A stretch of DNA of 64,000 nucleotides, from the NCBI GenBank assembly GCA_040954595.2, contig CM082584.2:4592110-4656109 (forward strand), read 5' to 3'. The stretch is from Balanoglossus misakiensis (Eukaryota; Animalia; Hemichordata). Shown piece after piece: positions 48,468 through 59,651 of the stretch. A program made the position numbers and the translations under genes. The notes below the pieces were generated by a model. It was not told the origin of the DNA. It made no database searches and worked only from the letters and a program-made list of their open reading frames with translations. Each line of letters opens with the position of its first letter. The stretch's first letter is position 1.

Positions 48468-49097
48468 CTACTTTTTCTTGCGAAACATTATCCATGAAAA
48501 CTTCTCATCTGTACATTTCACCAAAAAATATCTTTGAGCAAGTGCAATACCGGTAGAGTCAGATGGAATGATAGCATATGGCGTATAATCTGTGATCTTC
48601 ACACCTGACTCCTGAATAAGTTTTGAATATAGGTATACACCAACTTTTTCACCTTGGTACTTTGGGTTACAATAGATGAAACCTAAATCACCATGATCTT
48701 TCTGCACTATCCAAGCGACGGGCTGGTCATTATGTTACTGCACTGTTGCAGTATTGCAACACCTTCGCAAATGCTGGGGTTGGTGTTTTGCTGGCCGACA
48801 GCCAAAAGTTTGTCTCAGCTGTGGTCCGAACTTAAGTCCACTGTGTAGCGCATGTAGCTTTTCACGAAACGAATTTACAATGTCAGATCGAGGTCTATAA
48901 AAGTGACAAAAATCCTTAAATGTCAATCGGTATCCTTTCTGTTGGCACGCCCTTTCAATTGTTGGGACGAGACTTTCGGGGACGGCTTCGAACATGAGTT
49001 CAGACTTTGTCCAGTCCACAATTCCATCTTCATCCAAAAACCACTTCAGTGTCTCCGTCTTGTCTGAGTACACGAATTATATTCTGTCAAAAGGTGG
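48468..49097 (-). pseudogene. 5'-truncated, frameshifted duplicate of the adjacent glycine N-acyltransferase-like gene
   Basis: Aligns to about 51115-51771. Relative to the intact copy it has a 22-nt deletion (near 48811), an 11-nt deletion (near 48733) and a TAC>TAA stop (near 49077-49079). Homology ends at about 49097. Confidence 0.88.
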
Positions 49098-49191
49098 GGT
49101 GGGGAGGTCAGTGACTTTTTACAAAGGTTGAAAATGAAGGAGTAAATATTCGCTTACCCATTTCTGAACAAGAAATGGTCGTATACACCTT

Positions 49192-49518
49192 TTAGGCCAA
49201 TTAAAAAATATGTGCTGTTCCGATTACCCGACCTACCCCAATTTGAACCCGCCGACCCTAAACTTTTTAGAGCTTCGTAAACCCGGGAGTAAAAATGACG
49301 ATGTCATACGCAGGTGTATACAAAATATATGTACATTGTAATTGCATAAATCACGCGAGAACGATGCCGAAATCGCGCGCATCACGTAAGAACTGTGACG
49401 TCATTCTTCTACACTACGGCGGCCACAGAAATAAAAAAAATTGCAAAATAAAAGAAATTTCCTACCTAGCTTATTTTTGAAAACCACATAATCGGAACAG
49501 CACATATCTTTTGCCTTA
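49192..49518. mobile_element. MITE family B (TTA TSD)
   Basis: TTA-GGCC...TATGTGCTGTTCCGATTA...TAATCGGAACAGCACATA...GCC-TTA. Confidence 0.8.
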
Positions 49519-50058
49519 TTTTCTATGACTTACGCAACAAAACTTAGTTCAAAAGTTGTTTATTCGGGAATAATCAGACACGGTGCACAAACCCCGTTCT
49601 TAAATATACAATATTCGGGGCGTAATCTTACAGGAAGTGAAATATGATTCGTTCTCTGGTAAGAGCTTGTACATCCATGGTAAGAGGTACAGGATTGGCT
49701 TTATAAAAGGAAAACGTTACTTATCTGATTGAATTAACCTTGTCTATGGATAAACAAGTTGAGATACTTACGGAATGTTGAAATTACATCATTTAACCTA
49801 CGCTTATTATTATGTGCAAAGTACTTATGAACTTGATGTCAAAAGTAAAACTATGACATTTCCCAAGACTTTCTGAAACCATGGCAACTTCAATCGTACA
49901 GGTACTGGTGTATCGGTTACGTTTCATTCAATCACATAGCTTCCTAATTTGTTCATTTCAACACGAAGAAACCATTCAGGCCTCCATTTGTTCTAATGAT
50001 GCATTACTATTACATGTAGTATATGAAATGCCACGAGTTGGAGTGGGTTAACAATGTG

Positions 50059-50419
50059 TTAAAAGGGACAAAGTCTCTCTCTCACTGCCCCTTTCCCATA
50101 AATTATGTTTGATACAAGACAGTCACCGTTTATGTTAGTGTACATGTGGATACATAGTGAATCATCGTTCAACCATACACACCTTCCATCCCATTTGTAG
50201 ACACAAGAGTGAAAAAACTCGCCAAAATGAATAATTGGTCTCTACCATTTATTCATTTCGGTCGAGTTTTTTACTCTCATATCATACAAGCGGGATGGAA
50301 GTTGTGTGTGGTTGAACGTTCATTCACTACACATACACATGCTAAATAACATAAACAGTGTCTCGTATCAAACATAATTAATCGAAAGGGTCAGCGAGAG
50401 AGAGACTTTGTCCCTTTAA
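50059..50419. mobile_element. Foldback element family D copy
   Basis: TIR AAAGGGACAAAGTCTCTCTCTC / GAGAGAGAGACTTTGTCCCTTT, TTAA flanks, long internal arms. Confidence 0.8.
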
Positions 50420-51114
50420 CAACTGCTGTGTCGGGCAGAAGCTTGTAAATTTGTTAGATCTATGCCGTTTTTAATCCAGTGAAAATAAACAAAGTTGTAC
50501 GTAAAAAGTCTCAGTTCACCTAAACGTTGATTGTGTCCAAGTGTGGGTTTACTCGTAAACCGCACAATTTCTAACAAAGAAAGAAACAAGAGCACATGAC
50601 ATGGTAATGACCAGACGATCGGTTGTGGAAAATAAGACGCATGATTCAATTTGAACAATGGTGACAAGGCAAAGTATAATGATGTCAAGTAGCATATTCA
50701 CCTTTTGTTCTAACTATATACATGTAAATGAATGAATGTAGGTTTACTCTATTGTTTTAAAAAGTGAAGTACACTCTGTGGGAGAACTTTCTATTGTTAT
50801 AATTTAAATATGGTCACCCACAATTGTACAAAGGTCACCAGAAATTCCCTCAATTCCTAGACATTCACGTGAATCCAATCTAGACATTCTGTATTTTTTC
50901 ATGTAAAAAATAATGATCTCTCTAATAAAAAAATAACGTTCGCTACAATACTATTACCCGTTATGAACATATTTTCTGCAAAAATCACATAGAATAAAAA
51001 GGAGTATATTTACTAGTGAGTAATCACATGTCAATTAAAGCTATGCTACGTAATTTGATCGAATTCATACAAAGGGGCCGCGGATTTAACAATTTGAATC
51101 ATGTTACAGAACTT

Positions 51115-52101
51115 CTACTTTTTCTTGCGAAACATTATCCATGAAAATTTCTCGTCCGTACATTTCACAAACAAATGTTTACAAGCAAGTTCCGTAGATT
51201 CAGACGGTATGATAACATATGGCGTATATTCTGTGATCTTCACACCTGACTCCTGAATAAGTTTTGAATATAGGTATACACCAACTTTTTCACCTTGGTA
51301 CTTTGGGTTACAATAGATGAAACCTAAATCACCATGATCTTTCTGCACTATCCAAGCGACGGGCTGGTCATTATTGTCATGATATGTTACTGCACTGTTG
51401 CAGTATTGCAACACCTTCGCAAACGCTGGGGTTGGTGTTTTGCTGGCCGACAGCCAAAAGTTTCTTAACAAGGGAGCATGTTCCGGTCTCAGCTGTGGTC
51501 CGAACTTAAGTCCACTGGGTAGCGCATGTAGCTTTTCACGAAACGAATTTACAATGTCAGATTGAGGTCTATAAAAGTGACAAAAATCTTTAAATGTCAA
51601 TCGGTATCCTTTCTGTTGGCACGCCCTTTCAATTGTTGGGACGAGACTTTCGGGGACGGCTTCGAACATGAGTTCAGACTTTGTCCAGTCCACAATTCCA
51701 TCTTCATCCAAAAACCACTTCAGCGTCTCCGTCTTGTCTGAGTACACGAAGTATGTTCTGTCGAAAGGTGGGTCGTAATAGTGTTTGTTGACACATACCA
51801 TTGTACCAAGGTCTGCATATTCTTCCTTGTCTGTGTACACCTCCACGCACGGCCAAATATTTTTGGTCACGTTACTGTTTTTGATCAAATGATACGCAGG
51901 ATTACACATCGGTTGCCACGATTTCAATTTTTGGAGGAATTCTCCTGTCCTAGCAACTTGTACAAGTCTTGCCGTCATTGTTGTCGTAAGAAAACTTTTT
52001 TCTAGCGAAAAAAAATGGCTTGTGAGTGCAAACACAAAGGTAATTTTATTCCATTTATGCACAGTCCCTCTATCACGTTTAAAACGGTCACGAAAAGCCA
52101 T
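51115..52101 (-). CDS. Glycine N-acyltransferase-like GNAT acyltransferase, intronless; likely start at ATG 51978, with an in-frame upstream ATG at 52101
   Basis: 328-aa ORF with GLYAT-like features: LRPEHAPLLRNFW, QPVAWIVQ, GDLGFIYCNPKYQGEKVG (degenerate GNAT motif A), and N-terminal YFVYS...L..FL....VDW. Family assigned by motif recognition only. Confidence 0.7.
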   Translation of the reverse strand: MAFRDRFKRDRGTVHKWNKITFVFALTSHFFSLEKSFLTTTMTARLVQVARTGEFLQKLKSWQPMCNPAYHLIKNSNVTKNIWPCVEVYTDKEEYADLGTMVCVNKHYYDPPFDRTYFVYSDKTETLKWFLDEDGIVDWTKSELMFEAVPESLVPTIERACQQKGYRLTFKDFCHFYRPQSDIVNSFREKLHALPSGLKFGPQLRPEHAPLLRNFWLSASKTPTPAFAKVLQYCNSAVTYHDNNDQPVAWIVQKDHGDLGFIYCNPKYQGEKVGVYLYSKLIQESGVKITEYTPYVIIPSESTELACKHLFVKCTDEKFSWIMFRKKK

Positions 52102-54473
52102 TGGACGCTAGTTAAGTCGATATCCTTTGTGGGACTGTGCTTTGTTTAAAGGTGTTACATCACCGACTCCCTATGATCAGAGTAATTGTTTGATGGCTTG
52201 CAGTCACGTGACACCTACGCACCGCTACTGTTTTATCTGTGACACTTTGCATGAATTGCTTTGTATTTTCACCGGTTATGTAACTAGACAGGGCTTTTGT
52301 CCACGGCTAGAAACAACAGCGAGAAATAACTACATGTATGTCCTGAAACCGGCGAGTGTTTTTCATCAGCGACTGCCACTGATGACATTGTTTTATATGG
52401 ATCAGCACAAAAAGAACGCATACCATGTGACTATCAATTGACGAATGAGAACACAGACTGTGGATGAGGTGTGTTACAATAAGTTTTGAAATAATGACTA
52501 AACACACAACTTCATTTTCACATGGTTTATTGTTTTCTGGAAAACAGTATTTTCCTGTTGTATTGAATGGAAGGCTACATTTTCTTCATCAATCACGGAT
52601 TAAACTACAAAAAACTATGCTAGAATATCGTATGATTGTCCAGAAACAAAATAATGTGACATTGGGACATATCATACACATTATAAATCAAATATGTTAA
52701 ACCTGAGAAAAATGCTTTGAATAAAATAGTTTGATAGCCATTGGAAGACATGATCCAATCCACAAGATTTTTGTACCGGTACAATTCTCACAATATCACT
52801 TTCATGGGAAATTTCAGACATGTTGTCACGAGACTTAACTGTTACCTAGTCCTTCTGAGTTATATTTTGTGTTAGTATCATTGAGAGACAAAGAGACATC
52901 CATTCTAATTGGCTAATAAGCAAGACTATTTGATGGTCCTTCATTTATCAGCCATTCACTGACTGGCTTTCCGAGTAGTTGGATGTGAACGTCAGTGGCA
53001 AATTCACCGATCACTAGATCATTCAGTGCATTTCACGCTATACAAATTATCTAATTATAAACACAGAAAATCACAGAAGCTAGGAACAATGTATTCTGTC
53101 TCATCAGAATCCTAAGTTAATGTCAATGAAATCGTTACTATAAACTGCTTAAAATACTTTCCAGCTCTTGTGAAGACCATGATGGAAGCTAATGGAGACA
53201 TTTGCCAGCAAACCTCACAGGAAAATCTCCATAGCTTAAAACAATACCAACCATTTTGTTGAAACGAAGACGTTGGAAATGCAGAATGAAAATTAAACAG
53301 AAAAAAATCCCTAGAAGTATACAAGACACTGACAGACAAAATAATGGAATAATGCTTATCAACAGTTCTAAAAGTGAACACATTCTGTGCAAATGTACAC
53401 AAGTTAAGTAAATAAAAGATTTTTTTTTGTAAACCCTTAAAAATGAAAAACATGAATGAATGCATAATTTTGCGAAGACCAACACTAAGGCATACAGGTA
53501 CAGAAGTAAACCCAGACATGTAAGCCCTAGCTGTTGGGGATTCGATTCTACTGTATCAGTATGGAGGAAACTTTCCTGGCAGAGGTGACTGGCATTGCTC
53601 CCAACTTATTACTTGTGTCAGTGTCATCCGAACAAGATCTGTGTTGTATCAATCCAACCAAAGTGAAAAGTCTGACGAAGAATGAACACTGATATATTCA
53701 ACATCAGCTGGAGCAGAGTGCGCAATACGCACGTTGAGCTGAATACTGATTTGACCAGGATGTTCTAGTTTACATTTCCATTGCAGATCGGTTTCGTACA
53801 GACAGCGGAGCTGCATTGCAACACTTCTTTGGTGGTTGTGCTCAACTTTTAGTACATCATCAGGAAGCCTGCAATTTTGCACATTGTGACAATTTGTTAA
53901 AGAAAAAGTAAACAAATTATTGTTTAGTTGTTTTAATTAAATGTGCTAGTGAAATGCCAGTACCTCTGTAGGCGTCCATAACTCTGATGTTAATTTTAAA
54001 TCAAGTTTACAAACACATATTAGTTACCCAATAGAAGAATATATCTCTGAGGAGTAAATTTCTCATTTGGGATAAGATACAGTGTAATGAGACAGTTAAG
54101 TCAGAATTCGGATGGAGAGAGTTGTAGCCTGAACAAAAAAATATTGAATAGTGAATTTTTCACAAATTGACGATTCTGTCTGTCATGTTTTTTTAAGAAA
54201 TTTGATCAGTGTTATTTTTCACTGTATTTTGATAGAGCATGAAGTTTGCCCACAGTAATACAGTGCTGGCAGATATAAATCAAACCAGGCATTAGGTTTA
54301 CAGCTGTCAGATACTGATAACTTCCCCAGTTCCACTACAATGGTTAAACTCATTATTCAATTTCTGCTCCATTTCATGCGTATACTCAGCACGATAATCT
54401 ACTGACAGGACATGTTCAAAATTGTTCCAAACCAGGGAATATGTTTCTCGCAAAAAACTTCAGCTCATGTATG

Positions 54474-54706
54474 TTAAAGGGACAAAGTCTCTCCATCACT
54501 GCCCTTTTTCCATTAATTGTTTGATACAAGACACCGTTTATATTATTCTACATGTGAATATATAGTGAACCAATGTTCGACCACACACAACTTCCATCCC
54601 GCTTGTAGGCAAGAGAGTGAAAAAAACTCGCCAAAATGAATAATCAGTCTCTATCATTTATTCATTTTGGGCGAGTTTTTACTCTCATATCATACAAGCG
54701 GGATGT
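54474..54706. mobile_element. Family D partial copy
   Basis: Left arm and centre match 50059-50300. Confidence 0.7.
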
Positions 54707-55640
54707 ACACATGTAAAACCAATTTGTTGAAGGCCCTGGGGTAAATTACAGGAAGCAGCCTTTTGTGGAGAATATTGAAATTTCCTTGTTATTTCAATGT
54801 TACAAAAATTGGCTTTCATATTCACTCTGGGCAAACTGTTGATTTGTAGAAACTCAATCCTTTTAATAATTCACAGAACATATATAACTTTATGAAAATG
54901 AAAAAAAAAGTTCTGTTGATGAACTCTTTATATGAAATTTTTGCTTCTTCACCATACACAACAAACAGCCACGATAAACATGATTAGTAAAAGACTTGTA
55001 CTGGTAAGAGAAATTAGATTTGCTGTGAATGAAATAGTACAATAAACATGGAAACGCTATTGAACAACTACAAATTAAAGTGAGTAATAATAGAATTTTT
55101 CAAAATTTCAAATTACTGATCATAAAGTTCTTCTTATGTGACCACTGATATCCTGTATAAGCACAACTCCTATCTATAATTTACATATGTATGTATCAAT
55201 CTTTTGATTCCTCCTGACTTAATCCAGTAAGCTGTGTGAAATGAGTCATCTTTCAGTCATATATTTGTTTACTTTATGCAATGTAAAGTAACCGAGAAGA
55301 TAAAAAGTTTCATTTTAATGGCTTGGATGAAATCTGAACAATTAAGTCAGACAAAATTCATTCATCTGGCATCAAAAACCGTTAACATGTATTGAAACTG
55401 GAATGTTTGTGAGTGTTTGTCAAGTGAAGTGACATGCTTGTGTTTTATCCATTTAAAAAAATTACTATCGATAAATATTGAAATGAAATTCCATGGCTAT
55501 GAAGTCAAACAGCACAGCTGTTAATTTCATGATACAAACTGTCTTAAGCTGTAAACGATTATATACATTTCAAATGTATTTCATGTAAACCGCCCAATGG
55601 ATCGCTTTATACAAATCAACTCTGAAACAGTTGCAATTTC

Positions 55641-55730
55641 ACCCTTTCACACCCAGGTCCCTCATTTGAGGTCCAACTTTACCGCAGAAAACAATAGATT
55701 TGGACTGAACCATTGTGGTGAAAGGGTTAA
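55641..55730. mobile_element. piggyBac-like mini element, second copy
   Basis: Reverse complement of 28115-28207 with substitutions. Confidence 0.65.
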
Positions 55731-58700
55731 GGTGGGGAAACATTCGAGTGGAGCTGCAGGGGGACGATTAAATAACAATTCTCAAAATATTACCATTGTT
55801 TGGATAGATGAACAGATCCAATTTCTTACCTCTTCAAAATGTATCTAATACAGATAGTTTACTTTCATTTAAGAGTGATTCACCCAGGAACACTTAAAAT
55901 TCTGCATCAAGTTTCCCTCACAAAATTCTTGTACCCTTAGTCGAATCACATCATAATTTTGTTGCCTGTCTATAATGTCCCCACCCAAAGGTTGTTACAA
56001 AACACTGTGTGTTTTGTAAATATATGACATTATGTGGGTTTTATAAGCCAATCAGCTGGATAGCAAATATAAAACTATCAACACTATCCTACATATCCTG
56101 GAATTAGGTGGGTGGTTTTAAACTTGACAAAAAAATAAAGAAAAAAATGAAACTTTAAGACAAGATCGTGAACAATTTAATTATGCATGATGAAAGATCA
56201 TGCATACAACTATTTACAATCAAACCAAATGGAATCTCATTTTCATCTCAATGATGTTGTTTGCTCAAACTGGAAACCACATAATTTATCCTTTGACTGA
56301 AAGTGAAAAGTGAAAATAATGACAAAAATTAATAAATCACATAGAAAGATATAACAGAGAATTTATCGCAAGAATGTGGCTGAATCTCATTCCAAAGTTA
56401 GCTACATATTACTACTCATGAAAGGAATTTGCAATATCATTTATTTCTGCAAAGTCAAGGAAATGAATGAAAATAAAGCATGTGCGTTTCTGCATGGTGT
56501 GTGTGTGCAAATGCTCACACATACATGCACACACAAACACACACACACACAAGAAAATCATATGGTCTACATAATTTCTTTATGTTGTCTGTGACATAAC
56601 CAAATGAATGATTTCATTCAATTTACCATGATAACTGTGAAGGGCGGCATTTGTTAGTAGCAGCTCTATTGCATGGTGCCATTTGTCGCAAAGTTGATTG
56701 GGACATCAGTAAAAATAACATGCCATACCTTCAAAGACACTAAAGTTGAACAAATTGACATAGTCATTACATTATTTAGGGTTTATGTTAGTCTTTGCTT
56801 GTTTTCTCAAGCACAAAGTTCAAATTGAGTAGGGTATAATAGAATGGCTATCACCATAATTTAACCAGAAGAACCATGTAAAATTGCCAATATTGGTAAA
56901 TTAGCCCTGGTTCTACAATCTATTTAGCCAATAGTTTCTAATCCAAATCTGCCCTGAGTATGCTATTATGCTATTTAGCACTTAGCAAAACTTCAGCAAA
57001 ACATTAAAGACAGTGACTTTTTTGATATGCAGCATACATTTGTATTATGTAGAAAAAGTTATGCAAATACTCCAAGTTGATCAGGGTTGCAAGCATATAT
57101 ACATAATAGATGATACAATATGTATTATGGCACTCGTACTGTGAAAAAGAGATTTTAAGCAAATTGAATAACACAAAGTGCATGATACTATTGGGTATAT
57201 AGTACAAAATAATAATAATAAAATGTAAATGTGGAAAATTATTTGTTGATTTTCTAGTTCAATAAATGGACACGTGTGTAATATAGAAACTCACACTGAT
57301 GTCTTCCAATTGACACCATACATACAATTTGGAAGAATTCTGGCAAATCTGAAGTTATCACTAACTTAGAGTACTTTCACTCACCCTTTTATGTATCAAT
57401 ATTTGTCAGAGTTCATCATAACATATTATCCCCATGTGATATTATAATTGCTACTTCTCACACTTTACACAGCTCAGATACCCAACATATCCTAAACATG
57501 ACAATTTTCCAATACATTTTACAATTCGATTCGTTTCTTCATGTTAATCAACTTGATCAACTACGTGTCACTAAAACAGGTTCATCCCTCAAGGCTGGTA
57601 GTGTCTATACAGGTTGACTGAGTATTCACCATTTCTGTGATCTTTTATATCCCAATATGACCGCTTGCTGAATTAAATGCTAATTAACAGTGTCTTGAAA
57701 AATCGCAATGCAAAGTCCACTGCATGGATTAAGGGTATACCGAAGGATTCAAATTGCTAAGCAACAGTTGCTAAGGGTAATTTCCAAAAAAACAAAAACG
57801 AAACAAAATGTTCATGCTTTTCTTTGCATTAGAAAAAATACCATTCCAAGGGACACGCGGTCAGTGATGTCACAGATATGCAAATGTTCACAGCTTTATT
57901 TTAAAACATCCCAGCTCATATTCTGTTTGTTATGCAATATATTTAAAATCAAGAATGAAAATTTAGGATGATTTGGCCAGTGCAGATATAGGTTAAATTT
58001 ATTTGAAGTTTGAGAAAATGACAGAGGTATACCAAGTAGATTGCTAATATGCATGATGAAGCTACAATAACAAAGTCACTTAAACACATCAGTGTGAGAT
58101 ATAAAGAGAGGGTTACGGTCAATTATGTTTTCCATCAACAATTACATTATTCATATAAGAGTTAGCATGGAACAAACTAATTTTTGGCCAGTGTAAACTG
58201 CAGTGCCGCCCTAAAGGGTTGTAGTGCTAGCATTTCATTTTTAATGAAAGCTACAATAACACAGTACAGAATACAATGCGTTTTCATTCTGACAATTGTC
58301 GGTATATTTTGTTTGAAGGTCTAACGTTTCATGTCCAAGGTTTTCTAAAATGATGTAGCCTAAAATATTAATACAGATTTGTTCAGTTTCATTATTTTGG
58401 ATGATACATCAGTACAGGGTTGTGAGATAGTCAATTGTATCTTCAATCTCTGAATATTTCTATTGTCTTGAATGGAGGACTTGAATACACATATTAGTAC
58501 CATCTACACATCTATTCACAGAATTTCACATTATATTCCTGATCGCCAAAGGGTAAGGCTGTTTGTCATGGATAATTAATGAACTACAATAAAGAAACAG
58601 TGGTTTGCCATTCTCCAATTATATTAGACGAAAAAAAACATTGATTGATCGATTGATTGCAAGAAATATACCAATTATGCAAAAATGCAGGGCCTTTGCA

Positions 58701-59651
58701 GATGACTTGTAGTACTGATTCTCATCCAGTCAATGCTCTCTGTTCACACAGAATTCTCACTTTATAAGATCACCATGAAATAAATGAAAATGAAATGGAA
58801 GACTCATCTTTTAAATACACTCTTTCTTATCATAAATGAATTATTGTTGAGCAGATTACTTGTCATTCTTCCTGTTGTACTCTTAATGTTATTTGATATA
58901 TTCTAAAATATTATCTTGTCTAGATTTCAACTTTGACAAAACCTGAAGTAATCAGACATATCTATCATCATGACAATTAAGTATCTGTGGTAATGTTTTC
59001 AAGAGATGAAATTAAATCCATCTTGTCAGAAGTTTGTGTTCGAGCCCAGGCAGTTCCATTTAATGAAAATAGTATCATGACATACACGAATGCTGTTCAA
59101 CAGATATCTATTGTGCTTTCATTGAATAAATGTTATGCCTGGTCCTGTCCTGATTCCAACTTGACCAATGTTCGTAGGAGCCAATACTAGTATATATTGG
59201 GTCGTGGGATCTCTACCACCTCCAGCCGAGGTCTTCCATAACTTGTATCATTTACAAACCATATGGAGTATTGCAAATGCAATGTGGTCACACCATTCTC
59301 CAAATGATTATAGGTTTTGATCGACGTCATAGCTGCTTAACATAAGCGTAACTGCCGAACAGATGTCACAGCTTGACACTTGTCATCACCCGAAATGCCA
59401 GTTCTCGAAAGAACCGTACATGTTGAATCATTTGTACACACGATTTTCATCCAAAAGTATAGGGATGATATACTCTTATCAGTAGAGAGCGTGAACTTCA
59501 CTTGTTCACAATACAGGGACTCTGCTTTGCAAAGTAGCCATACTGCAACTGCATGTTGCCTTGCATTCATGGGAGCTGTAGTAGAATATTAAAATCAGCA
59601 CAACCCATTGAGTACTTGTTAAATCTTCCAGGTTGGAACAACAAGCAAACA

